A DNA stretch of 63,261 bases, counting the filler, from Octopus bimaculoides (lineage: Eukaryota), in assembly GCF_001194135.2 (NCBI RefSeq). It is 5 parts of 5 records of this genome, joined end to end, with 100 filler letters (N's around TTAATTAATTAA, not from the genome) between each part and the next. Parts side by side here need not be neighbours in the genome. Positions count along the whole stretch, not along the records: positions 27,692 to 42,971 come from NC_068989.1; positions 43,072 to 51,811 come from NC_068990.1; 3 more parts are not named here. One strand, 5' to 3'. The position numbers and the translations under genes were made by a program. Of this stretch, positions 37,431 to 50,260 are shown in pieces; the first letter of the stretch is position 1; each line of letters opens with the position of its first letter. A model generated the notes under the pieces. The model worked only from the letters and a program-made list of their open reading frames with translations. It was not told where the DNA came from and searched no databases.

Positions 37431-38048
37431 GTTTCCTCTGTACGTGTATGCATATAATTTGAACGTTGATTTTCTTCATACATATTACTTCCAATAGATA
37501 TATCTTTTTCCAAGCCTTTAAGCTTTTATTTTAATTCACATATCGTTCTATATTTCTCATTAGTTTTCTGCTTATTTCTTTCCTTTACCCCTCCTCTTTC
37601 TATTGGCTACCTTTGACGTTATATCCTCAAACGATTTTTTGAAACAAGCTTAATAGCGTTCCGTTCATCATTATACAAATCCATCACATTCTGTTAAAAT
37701 GTCTTATTGGTGAGTTTGGGTTATTTCTTTCTTTCCCTGATGAGAAAATTACATTATTTTACACCATCTTATTCCTTTGGAATAATACCAATGTTGTCTT
37801 CGAAACATGTATCGGAAGTAAAATAATTTGAATAACACCTGCGTTTAACTCCATTTATTTATTCATATATATATTATACAAAATATTTCACATCAACCCG
37901 GAATTTCTACCTCTACAAACAGGGTGTTACGTCCTTATTACTTGTGTGATTTTTGACTGCCCTGGTAACTGTTTAACTATTTTTTCCGTGTTAATTATAA
38001 ACAAGGGAAAAATACACACAACCATTTATATATTTGTATATATACATA

Positions 38049-38089
<41 letters not shown>

Positions 38090-38938
38090 NNNNNNNNNNN
38101 NNNNNNNNNNNNNNNNNNNNNNNNNNNNNNNNNNNNNNNNNNNNNNNNNNNNNNNNNNNNNNNNNNNNNNNNNNNNNNNNNNNNNNNNNNNNNNNNNNNN
38201 NNNNNNNNNNNNNNNNNNNNNNNNNNNNNNNNNNNNNNNNNNNNNNNNNNNNNNNNNNNNNNNNNNNNNNNNNNNNNNNNNNNNNNNNNNNNNNNNNNNN
38301 NNNNNNNNNNNNNNNNNNNNNNNNNNNNNNNNNNNNNNNNNNNNNNNNNNNNNNNNNNNNNNNNNNNNNNNNNNNNNNNNNNNNNNNNNNNNNNNNNNNN
38401 NNNNNNNNNNNNNNNNNNNNNNNNNNNNNNNNNNNNNNNNNNNNNNNNNNNNNNNNNNNNNNNNNNNNNNNNNNNNNNNNNNNNNNNNNNNNNNNNNNNN
38501 NNNNNNNNNNNNNNNNNNNNNNNNNNNNNNNNNNNNNNNNNNNNNNNNNNNNNNNNNNNNNNNNNNNNNNNNNNNNNNNNNNNNNNNNNNNNNNNNNNNN
38601 NNNNNNNNNNNNNNNNNNNNNNNNNNNNNNNNNNNNNNNNNNNNNNNNNNNNNNNNNNNNNNNNNNNNNNNNNNNNNNNNNNNNNNNNNNNNNNNNNNNN
38701 NNNNNNNNNNNNNNNNNNNNNNNNNNNNNNNNNNNNNNNNNNNNNNNNNNNNNNNNNNNNNNNNNNNNNNNNNNNNNNNNNNNNNNNNNNNNNNNNNNNN
38801 NNNNNNNNNNNNNNNNNNNNNNNNNNNNNNNNNNNNNNNNNNNNNNNNNNNNNNNNNNNNNNNNNNNNNNNNNNNNNNNNNNNNNNNNNNNNNNNNNNNN
38901 NNNNNNNNNNNNNTATATATGTTAAATCACACACTCAT

Positions 38939-38971
<33 letters not shown>

Positions 38972-38976
38972 CAAAC

Positions 38977-39540
38977 ATGAGGGGAAATCAAAAATTATCC
39001 GTACTTTCGCCATAACAACTTTTCTATTGTCACACTACCTTCTGCGCATGCGTGCTTATAGTTTGTATTATTGTGGTCACGTGATCGAAGTTTGAGCCTG
39101 ATCGCGCCATTTTTCGTTCTGGCTTCATAGTGTAAGCATGGCCGCTCCACTAGCAATGTGCGCCGAAGAAGAACAAAGAGCAGTGATCCGATTTCTCTGG
39201 TCGGAAGGTGTGTCAATCAGATGCAGAAATTCATCGGAGGCTTTTCGTACAACACCGTGTGGAAGTGTGTATGAGTGAATCGAGAAGTTTAAAAGTGCTT
39301 GGACAAGCATGACGCATGAAGAGGGGGCAGGACGCCCGTCAACCTCCACCACTGACGAGAAGATTCAGCAGACTCGAGAGATGGTAATGGTGAACCAGTT
39401 CACCATTATCATTCCTCGGACCGCTGCTCTTATTGACCACAATAGTACCGACTATAAACGCGCATGCACAGAACGCAGTGTGACGATAATAAAGTTATGT
39501 TATGGCGAAAGTGTGGATAATTTCTGACTTTCGTAATATG
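38977..39540 (+). mobile_element. Internally deleted mariner with long inverted termini
   Basis: EEQRAVIRFLWSEG...HEEGAGRPSTSTTDEKIQQ is a mariner N-terminal HTH region. 38985-39080 is the degenerate reverse complement of 39435-39535. Confidence 0.8.
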
Positions 39541-39542
39541 TA

Positions 39543-40133
39543 CCTGGGATCTAGTTCAAAACGGGGGCACCCGTATTTTCTTAACGAAACACTTTGNNNN
39601 NNNNNNNNNNNNNNNNNNNNNNNNNNNNNNNNNNNNNNNNNNNNNNNNNNNNNNNNNNNNNNNNNNNNNNNNNNNNNNNNNNNNNNNNNNNNNNNNNNNN
39701 NNNNNNNNNNNNNNNNNNNNNNNNNNNNNNNNNNNNNNNNNNNNNNNNNNNNNNNNNNNNNNNNNNNNNNNNNNNNNNNNNNNNNNNNNNNNNNNNNNNN
39801 NNNNNNNNNNNNNNNNNNNNNNNNNNNNNNNNNNNNNNNNNNNNNNNNNNNNNNNNNNNNNNNNNNNNNNNNNNNNNNNNNNNNNNNNNNNNNNNNNNNN
39901 NNNNNNNNNNTCTGCCAAAGGAGTCACTGTAAACAGCTGAATACTTGTCAGTGATTGGTTGAAATTATCGAAATAAGACAATTTTTTACATGAAATAACT
40001 CCGAATACAAAAATTTTTTTCTGTTCTATAACACAAAATAGATAAGTATACGAAGTTTGAAAGTCTTTCGGTACCAAAAACACTACATAAAACATAAATG
40101 AAAACTGGTGCTCCCGTTTTGAACTAGATCCTG
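39543..40133. mobile_element. Tc1/mariner-type non-autonomous element, centre in gap
   Basis: TIR GGATCTAGTTCAAAACGGG.GCACC at both ends, with TA on both flanks. Confidence 0.75.
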
Positions 40134-40505
40134 TACCTGTATGTATACACATACATACACATATATACATTTTTCTACTATGTGTATACACGTATGTATG
40201 TATGTATATATGTATGTATGCATGTATGCGTGTGTATGTATATGCATGTATGTATGTGCGTGTGTATTTATGTATATCTAGCATATATTTGTATATTTGC
40301 GTAAGTATATTTTTAAGGTTATATGTAGCTTCACAGTTGATCTAACTGGATTTATGCCTAAATCTATTTTGTTGCTGGACTTCTTTAATTTGTTTATAGT
40401 TCATTGTGAAATACAATGACGATTACGAAACCAACAGGAAGTTGTTCAACTTCGACCTAACGATCTTCAGCAGTTGCATGGTATCAATGTGGTTTCTATA
40501 CACAA

Positions 40506-40560
<55 letters not shown>

Positions 40561-40613
40561 NNNNNNNNNNNNNNNNNNNNNNNNNNNNNNNNNNNNNNNN
40601 NNNNNNNNNNNNN

Positions 40614-40677
<64 letters not shown>

Positions 40678-40851
40678 GGAAAGATGGAGTATTGTGTGTA
40701 TCGATAAAGACACACTCAATGCGCATGTGCGTCTGTTTATATACGTGCATTAATAGACATAGAAATACATGGACACTCATACACACACACATACACGCAC
40801 ACACGCACACACACACATCACGTATACAAACACAAATACATAGTGATAATG

Positions 40852-40882
<31 letters not shown>

Positions 40883-41392
40883 CACATATATATACGTGTG
40901 TGTATACATACGCATTTTCATCACGCACACATACGCTTACGCACAAGCACATACACATAATGCTGTGATAACTTATACACACACATATACACCCATACAC
41001 ACATACATACACATGCTCGCACACGCACGCACGCGTACACACTCACATATACACACACACGTACGCACAAACACACACACACACACGTATATATACACAC
41101 ATATGCACACACGTATATACACACATAACTGTAAATGCAAGTCTATAGAAAGCGATATTTTGTTATTGTAACCAAACACACTGTCGCTATGGGAAGACCA
41201 GAGGAAACACTTTAAAAAAAATAAGCTCCTAGCGATTAAATAAACACAGGAACGGGAGCTGATTCATTTAGAGGAGACCCTATTACTAAAACACCATTTC
41301 ACACCTTGTGAAAGTAGCAGCTATACTCCTAAATCGCTGAAGGCTGCGTCAAACATACGGTCGTAAGTAGCAATGCCGCGATTTAAGCTCAG

Positions 41393-41411
41393 TGGAGCCA
41401 TCTAGCGGCAA
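41393..41411 (-). promoter_or_regulatory. Candidate CTCF-binding site
   Basis: Minus strand TTGCCGCTAGATGGCTCCA is close to the CTCF core consensus TGCC(A/G)C(C/T)AG(G/A)(G/T)GGC(G/A)C. It lies in repeat-free sequence. Confidence 0.35.
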
Positions 41412-42044
41412 GATGTTTCGCTGAATGCCGACGGCCAGGAAATACTTAGCAACTCAACTTTAATTTCTTTTGACAGTTCTTGCTGTCGGTTCCTTTCATC
41501 TTGGAATTAGGAATTGTTGGGCTTTGGTGCTGTCTGCTGCTTGCTTATTCACGTACGTACACATACACACACGCATTCATACAACATACGTACGTACGTA
41601 CGTGCATACATACATACATACATACATACATACATACATACATACATACATGCATACATACCCATACACATTCACACATCATACGTATATGCATACATAT
41701 ATACATTCATGCATACATAAATATGTATACATATATATGTACGTATAAACACACACGCTCATATATATATATATANNNNNNNNNNNNNNNNNNNNNNNNN
41801 NNNNNNNNNNNNNNNNNNNNNNNNNNNNNNNNNNNNNNNNNNNNNNNNNNNNNNNNNNNNNNNNNNNNNNNNNNNNNNNNNNNNNNNNNNNNNNNNNNNN
41901 NNNNNNNNNNNNNNNNNNNNNNNNNNNNNNNNNNNNNNNNNNNNNNNNNNNNNNNNNNNNNNNNNNNNNNNNNNNNNNNNNNNNNNNNNNNNNNNNNNNN
42001 NNNNNNNNNNNNNNNNNNNNNNNNNNNNNNNNNNNNNNNNNNNN

Positions 42045-42078
<34 letters not shown>

Positions 42079-42133
42079 CATATATTATATGTATCTCAAT
42101 ATATATATATATATGTATATAGACACCTACATG

Positions 42134-42170
<37 letters not shown>

Positions 42171-42252
42171 CTACATAAACGCATAGATAAGCATGCATAT
42201 ATTCAACCATTACATTCTCTGAAATTATATATACACATATGTGTGTATATAT

Positions 42253-42286
<34 letters not shown>

Positions 42287-42439
42287 TCTTACATCTTTTC
42301 ATGTGTGTGTATGTGTATTTGTGCATACATATGTTTGTTTCTTTCTGTATGTATGTTTGTTTGCGTGTTTGTGCGCGTGAGTTTGCATGAATCTCGAGGA
42401 GGTGACGGGAGGTGACATTTCGACTCTCAAAGCACGAAA

Positions 42440-42680
42440 TCTTTCGATAGCCTTTTCAAAAACTTGAATTTCATTCTGGTAATTACAAAGAATTTATGTA
42501 AAAACAACTTGAAATTCTGGGTGTAACCATCACAGATAGCAAACTGACATTGCCAGAATATATTTCCACTATCGCAGGCCTCAGAATGCTGTGCAAAATG
42601 GCAAATAAGCATGATACTGAAAAGAGAGCGATTACCTAGAGAGTACAAGATCAAAGTATTCGCCATTTATGGTTATTATT
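42440..42680 (+). pseudogene. Old CR1/L2/Jockey-group LINE RT C-terminal relic
   Basis: KQLEILGVTITDSKLTLPEYISTIA resembles the LGV..D.KL.W..HI motif. Confidence 0.45.
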
Positions 42681-42703
42681 CCTATATGAATACTTCACAT
42701 GTA

Positions 42704-42971
42704 GAGGCGCAATGGCTCAGTGGTTAGAGCAGCGGACTCGCGGTCATAGGATCGCGGTTTCGATTCCTATACCGGGTGTTGTGAGTGTTTATTGAGCGAA
42801 AACACCTAAAGCTCCACGAGGCTCCGGCAGGGGATGGTGGCGATCCCTGCCGTACTCTTCCACCACAACTTTCTCTCACTCTTACGTCCTGTTTCTGTTG
42901 TGCCTGTAATTCAAAGGGTCAACCTTGTCACACTGTGTCATGCTGAATCGCCCCGAGAACTACGTTAAGGG
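42704..42971 (+). mobile_element. SINE family C, 3' end lost in gap
   Basis: Collinear with 4531-4800. Confidence 0.85.
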
Positions 42972-43071
42972 NNNNNNNNNNNNNNNNNNNNNNNNNNNNN
43001 NNNNNNNNNNNNNNNTTAATTAATTAANNNNNNNNNNNNNNNNNNNNNNNNNNNNNNNNNNNNNNNNNNNN

Positions 43072-43118
<47 letters not shown>

Positions 43119-43767
43119 CATATATATATATATACATACATACATACATATATATAAATATATGTATACATATATATGTATGTATGTATGTGTTTGTTGT
43201 CTGTATTAATTTTGTAAAGTTGTGGCCTTCAACGTTTTTGACTTCATAATCAAACAAAAAATTAGAGAAACAAATATTGAAAATTAAAAACATAACTTTA
43301 TAGCTATAGGTGTGTGATTAAGAAGTTCACTCTGGAACTATGAGATTATGGATTCAATCACACCCTGTGGATTCTGTCAGCTGGTGTCCTGTACAACAGG
43401 TGTCATTGATCAATATCATGTGAGTGCAATTGGAAGGCAGAAAAAGCCCATTGTGTGTATGTGTTTATATACATATATCATGGACTCTCCCATTGTTAGA
43501 TGACATGAATGTTCAGCAATTTCTTGCCAAACAACCGCACAGATGATTTGTTTTTAAATTAAATTGACATTAATTGTACAGGTGCACTGTGTCAGATGAT
43601 TAAGTGATCACAGAGCAACGTGAAATGAAGTGCTTTGCTCAAGAACACAATGCAACACCCAGTCTGAGAATTGAAAACCATGATCTTGCAATTGGGTGTA
43701 ACATCCTAACCACCTAAGCTATGCATCTTCACACACACAAACACACACACACACAAACACATATATA

Positions 43768-44130
43768 TTGGGTCATCCCATAAATAATGCAGATTTTTAC
43801 ACTTCTTTTATTTTTCAAAATTAAGGCAAAGTTCTTTTTCAATCTAAACATACTCTTCTTCATTTTCTACTATGCTCATCCCTCCATCTGGTAGACTTAT
43901 AAGGCTCCTCTTCCAAAATTCACTTATCTGTGACAAAAAATACTCCTCCACAACTGTTCTGACCTCTTCTACACAATTAATATTTTTTCTGTCCAAATGA
44001 TTTAGAAGACTGCAGAATAAATGATAATCAGATGGGGCAATGCCCAGTGAATATTGTGGGAGAGGGGCATTGTTTCCCATTCAAACTGCTCCAGCTTTTG
44101 GAATGTCATCCTTGGTGCATGTGGGTGAGC
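43768..44130 (-). pseudogene. Mariner 3' fragment with one TIR
   Basis: PH...T.QKLEQFEWE and APSDYHLF.SL.NHL motifs. TA-TTGGGTCATCCCATAAATAATG terminus. Confidence 0.8.
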
Positions 44131-44913
44131 ATCTCTCTGTCTCCGTCTGTCTGTCTGTCTGTCATTATATGTATACATATACATGCACACACACGCGCAT
44201 GTGTGTGTGTGTCTGTGTGTGAGTGAATTTGTATTTCCCCTTGAGAACAAAAGACTCATTCAAACAGTGTCATTTGTTTCCAGTTCAGGAATATTACCTT
44301 GCTTGGAAACAGGTTAGCATTAGTATCAGTAAGGATATTTTGCTGTAGAAAACCTCACCCCAATGTAGTTTTGTTGGACCCCTGCAAATATTGAAAGGTA
44401 GATGTTAAAGCAACGAGGATGATAAATTCATAAGTAAAGTTAAAAATTTAGAAAAAAACCCCAAAAATTGTTGCTTACTTTGTTTCCTTTATCATACTTG
44501 CATTAAAAATATTATAAATAACACATTTTCCAAAATTCTAAAGCATTAATATTGAATTTTCTGAAATCCAAAATTATATTTTAAAAATCTGGTTTACACC
44601 TGGACACACCTTGTAGAGTGACATTTTAAAACTGCTGATATTAAGTCTCAAGTTAGAGTGTAGATATGAGTTGGAGAAGGTGTAGCTTTAATTTATACCA
44701 GGACATGGAATTACAACTACTATATTTCAGGTATATAGTTACATATTAGCCAAGTCAATCAAGTATTAAACCAAAAGATCAATAGTTCTACTCTTATTAC
44801 CAGCACAATTTTTTTATCCCCCTAAACTTGAAGATTACCTATAATTTCTGTACATCACCTCCAAACCTTCCAATATATATATATATATATTATATACACA
44901 CACACACACACAC

Positions 44914-44958
<45 letters not shown>

Positions 44959-45732
44959 NNNNNNNNNNNNNNNNNNNNNNNNNNNNNNNNNNNNNNNNNN
45001 NNNNNNNNNNNNNNNNNNNNNNNNNNNNNNNNNNNNNNNNNNNNNNNNNNNNNNNNNNNNNNNNNNNNNNNGGAAATCATTGATAAATAATATATCATAG
45101 TTATCTTATTATTTTAGTTCTGTAACCACCGGTATTCTCAATTCGACTTCTTTTTATTTTATGACCTAACCAAATTACTCATATGGTTATTATATATTTA
45201 ATCCACGACGGCATTAACCATCTCTCCGTATCTAGGAATCTACCGCTAAGTATTATAACTATTCTAATTCTACCACTAAGTTTTAGTCGGTCGAAAGGGG
45301 GACAGCATGTAACATAAATTGATATATCATCATTTTCTTGCTTTCTCCTTTTTCTTCTTTTTCTTATCGTTTTCTTTACTTATCCACTCTGATGAAGTTC
45401 CACTATTCAAATTGATATAATTAAATACGATGATAATCATTATTATTATTGTGGTAATAGCGCCAGCAGAAACAACTGTCAGATGAGATTTTGTCTTTTT
45501 ATAATAAATAATGACAATTGATTGACTTCAATTATCAATTATCAATCATATCTCCATTGTTTGTTTTCCTTAAATATAGATAAACTTCGGTTTATTCTTG
45601 TAATTATGAGCATTAATACTAATACTAATCACATAGGTAATATACCAGCTGATTCATTGCATACAAGCATCCTTAGACTGTTGCTACAACTGCTAACTTA
45701 CTACTTAACTCATACACACACACACACACACA

Positions 45733-46182
45733 TATAATCCAAAAACGGAATAAGAACGTAACAAATGACAATAAAAACATACGGACAGATAGACGATACA
45801 AAGACAGACAGGGAAAACCCAGGACGGATCATTCATGGCCCTTTGTTCATCAGTCAAGCTTCCAATTATCATTACAGTTTTGGGTTGTTACACTTGAGAC
45901 TGTTCAAAATTAGTAGGCCCCAAAAATCTAAGCATTAAATTTTTGGAAGAAAGCAAGCGAATGTGTACGACAACACAAACAAGAAAAAAAACGAGAAAAT
46001 GGAGAAAATGTTATACGATTACAAATACAATCAAGACAAAAACAAGTGCCTTTCGACTAATAAGGACAAGTTAAGTTAAGCTGGCGTTCCTGGGTTTTCC
46101 CTGTCCGTCTTTGTATCGTCTATCTGTCCGTATGTTTTTATTGTCGTCCGTTACATTCTTATTCCGTTTTTTTGGATTTATA
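45733..46182. repeat. Inverted repeat with arms of about 92 bp, PLE-like
   Basis: 45733-45824 is a near-exact reverse complement of 46088-46182. A CTGATGAA box lies on the minus strand at about 45847-45854. Confidence 0.85.
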
Positions 46183-47169
46183 TATACATAAAGCATCGTA
46201 TGTACACCTTTTGCGTATGTACACGGTTTCGCTATGGAATGGTGAAACTACTTTTTCATTTTCTGAAAAAGCAATGTTTTGGACTTACGCCACTTTTGCA
46301 TAATAACAACAATATATGCATATGTTTTATTCAATTAAAACAATCAAAATAATCTCAGATTTTGGAATAATAGCTTTTTCACTTCTTTGAAAATTTTTAT
46401 TATCATCATAATTATCATCATCATCATCATCATCATCATCAAACCATGAGAAAAGAAGACTGGTTCTAAAATTTCATCTCTCTTACATTTTGTATAGAAA
46501 ATTTCCCAGTCATTAAGTAGTTGTCATGGTCATGACTGCAATTCCTGTTTGATATGAACATTCACATGTTGACATTTTCCTATTATAGGAATAGTTATGT
46601 TTTGTACAAACACACAACAAATAGCTGGTCTGGTTTTATATATGAGCTGCTTCTGTATGAAATTCACTAAAGCTATATACTTGTACATAGTGGAAATTGC
46701 ACATGCATTCAGGAATTCAGAATTTTTTGGCGTTGTCATGAAATTTGTTGTGTCTTCAATTCTGTTGTGTCTATCATCAGCTTTGTCATATTTATCATCA
46801 CTTTTGGAATCATTTATGCCAATTTTTCATCAATTTTGTTATATTATGTTTGTCATTATTTTGCCGTATTTCTCGTGTTTATCAATTTTATCATGTTTGT
46901 TAAAACGATTTTGACATGTCATCAATTTTGTCATGTTCGTTGCCATTTTTGTCAAGTAGTCATCAATTCTGACATATGTTGAGTTTCTTATTCAAGCATG
47001 TTTGTTATCATTTTTGACACATTTATCATAAAATTTGTCATGCTTATCATGTGGCTTGCATCACGGCCATGTGAAATGAAACGTTGTGTTATTTATACAG
47101 CAGTAAGTGCTTAATGTTGCAGTAGGTAGAATATACACATTGGGGCCCCACTATAAAAATTTCATGACT

Positions 47170-47510
47170 GTGTGGATCACTTTGCAGCCATATGGCTTTT
47201 GGGTTCAATCCTACAGACATCTCCAATAACCCTGGGCAGCCAATGCCTAGTAAGTGAATTCAGTAGGCAGAAACTATGTGGAAACCCATCACGTGTGTGT
47301 GTGTCTTTGCATTTGTGTTTGCTCCCACCTCACTGCTTCACAACTCTTGTTGGTTTATGTCTCTGTAACTTAACAGTTCAGCAAAAAAGACTGATAGAAT
47401 AAGTGTCAGGCTTATAATTCCTGGGGTCAATTTCTTTAACGAAAACCCTTAAAACAGTGCCTTAGTATGGCTACAGTCCAATGACTGAAGCGAGTAAAAG
47501 AAAAGAAGCT
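47170..47510 (+). mobile_element. Old SINE family A copy
   Basis: GGGTTCAATCC, GTAAGTGAATT..GTAGGCAGAAACT, TGATAGAATAAGT and CCAATGACTGAAGC.AGTAAAAG blocks. Confidence 0.65.
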
Positions 47511-47879
47511 AAAGTAAATCTATTTATGTCACCACACTTCTCATCAGACACATTATTTTACATGCCTTTTCTTTATTGGCATGGGCTCGATGGTTCAACA
47601 GAATCAGGGTGGAGGGTCATATTTTGCATTAATGGTTCACTTTACAGCATGTACTGAGTTCATTTTTGTGGCATCAACACAGAGATTACCTAGCCCTCAG
47701 CAAGACTAAAGAGTCTTCTCAAATTCTGAGTTGTCACTGGTCAGTTCAATCTATCGACCATTTATGGAGTGAACAGAGTACGTCATTCATCACACCAACA
47801 CTAGTATGGTTGCTGATGGTATTGACAAAGCTTGTTTCCTCAAAATTACTACCCTTGTGCCAATTTCTGAAACTATTTT

Positions 47880-50260
47880 AAGGCAGCAAGCTGGCAGAAT
47901 TGTTAGGGTATTGGAAAAATTATCAGTGATATTTCTTTTGGCTTTTTACATTCTAAGTTCAAATTCCACGGAGGTAAATTTTGCCTTTCATCCCTCCAGA
48001 GTCAACAAAATAAAGTCCAGTCAACTACTGGCATTCATGTCATCAACTAACCTCCTCTTCAAATTTTGCTGGCCTTACGCTAAGTCAGAAGCCATTATTG
48101 TTGTTGTTATTAGTAGTAGTAGTAGTAGTATAGATTGACAGAATCGTTAGAGTATCTGAGAAAATGTTTTGCAGCATGTGAGAATCATTAGTGAGAGAGA
48201 GAGGAACAAAATGGCCAGTGGTATTTGGTTCAGTTTTTTACATTCTGAGTTTTCAATTGCACTGAGGTCAACTTTGCTTTTAACTCTTCTGGGGGTTCAT
48301 TAAATAAAGTACATGCTACTGATACTTTCTTTTATGTAAGAAACAAAAATGGTGGTGGATTAGCAGAATCATTTGAATGTCAGAAAAAAGTATCTTGCTG
48401 TATTTGTTCTGACTCTGTACATTCTGAGTACAAATCAAACTTGTCTTTCAGCCCTTGAGGCTTGATAAAATATTGGGTTAGCTAGAAAGTAATTTTGGTT
48501 TTTTAGTGTGAAATAAAAGTCATTTTTTCATACAAAGAATGAACTTTAATCTATTATATATTTTCCATTTTGTTCGATGACATTTTGCCATCTTTCTGAC
48601 AACTTCATGATTCTGCGCTCATAGAACTTCTGGTCCTTATCAGCCAAAAACTGAAGCAAGTGCGGTTTCAGGTCATCATCATTATTGAAAGTATTACCAT
48701 TCAAAGAATTTTGCAAACTTCGAAATAAATGGTAATCTGATGGTGTAAAGTCAGGGCTATATGGTGAATGTGACACCACTTCCCAACCAGCTCCAATAAT
48801 ATTTCTCGAGTTAGCAAAGAGGTGTGTGGTCTTGCGTTGTCATGTTGAAACACGATTCCTTTACGTTTTGCCAATTCTGGCCGTTTGTCTTTGACTGCTT
48901 CCTCTAGTTTCATTAGTTGTTGACAGTAAACATCTGAATTGATTGTTTGGCTCTTTGGAAGCAGCTCAAAATACACAATACCTTTGTAATCCCACATTTT
49001 TTTGATGACCTTTGTTTGATGCAATTTAGCTTTCGATGTGATTTGCAGCTGGTTCATTACACTTGGACCATGACTGTTTTCGATTGATGCTATAGTAGAC
49101 AATCCATTTTTCATCACCAATGATGATTCATTTTAAAAAAGGTCGATTTCATTGCATTTGAGATGCATATCGCAAATAGTGATTCATTGTGTTAAGTGAA
49201 CGTCTTTCAATTTATGTGGAGCCCAAATATCAAGCTTGTTAACGAGTCCAAGACATTTTGAGTGATTTTCAACTGTTGTGTGTGATATATTTAACCTCTC
49301 TGCAATCTCTCACACAGTTATATGACAATCAGCTTCAATTATGGCGTTGATTCGGTCATCAACTTCAGTAGGTCGACCAGAACGTTAATCATCTTTGAGT
49401 GAAAAATTTCCAGAACTTATTTTTTTTACCATTTCTGATATGTGCGTTCTGTTAAGCAATCAACACCATAAACTTCGCATATCTCTTTGTGAGCCACAGC
49501 AACTTTCTTGCCTTTATGGAAATACAAAAGCAAAATATAGCGAAAATGTTCGCTTTTGCACTCCATGTTAAAATTAATACTGAACTAACAGTTGTAAACA
49601 AAATTACACACAATTTGCTTCTAAGTAAGCTAAACATAACAGCAATCAAATGTCAAAAAATAAAACATAACATTGATAAAATTCATTAAAAAAGACGTAA
49701 CTCTATTTGGGAAAAAAGAAATTACTTTTTTGCCAACCCAATAACATACCAGTTAAGTAGTGATGTTGATGTAATTAAGGTGCAGGCATGGTTGTGTGGT
49801 AAGAAGTTTGCTTCCCATCTACATGGTTCCAGATTCAGTCCCACTGAAAGAAGCCCATCATGTGTGTGCATGTGTGTGTGTGTATTTGTCCCCCATTATT
49901 GTTTGACAGCCGGTGTTGACATGTTTACATCTTTTCAGGGTCAATAAAATAAGTGCCAGTTGAACACCAGGGTCAGTGTAATTGACTGCCTCTCTCAGAG
50001 TTTCAGGCCTTGTACCTATAGTAGAAAGGATTATCATTATTATGGTGGTGAGTGAATAGAATCAGTAGTGTTTCATAGAAAATGCTTACTAGTATTTCTT
50101 CCAAATTTTTACGTTCTTAGTTCAAATTCTACTAAGGTCAACTTTGCCTTTCATCCTTTCAGGATCAATAGAATAGGACCAGCTGAGCACTGAGGACAAT
50201 GTAATCAACTTACCCATCCCACTAAATTGCTGGCCTTGTGCCAAAATTAGTAAGAATAAT
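47880..50260 (+). mobile_element. Head-to-tail pile of at least five old family B SINE pieces
   Basis: GCAGAAT.GTTAG and TTCTGAGTTCAAATT....GAGGTCAACTTTGC blocks recur at about 47890, 48135, 48360, 49930 and 50050. Confidence 0.7.
48473..49741 (-). mobile_element. Full-length but decayed mariner (DD34D) element, about 1.27 kb
   Basis: Imperfect TIRs TTGGGTT.GC....AAGTAATT with TA at 48471-72 and 49742-43. Transposase pieces WDYKGIVYFELL, FQHDNARPHT and SPYSPDFTPSDYHLFRSLQN. Confidence 0.92.
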
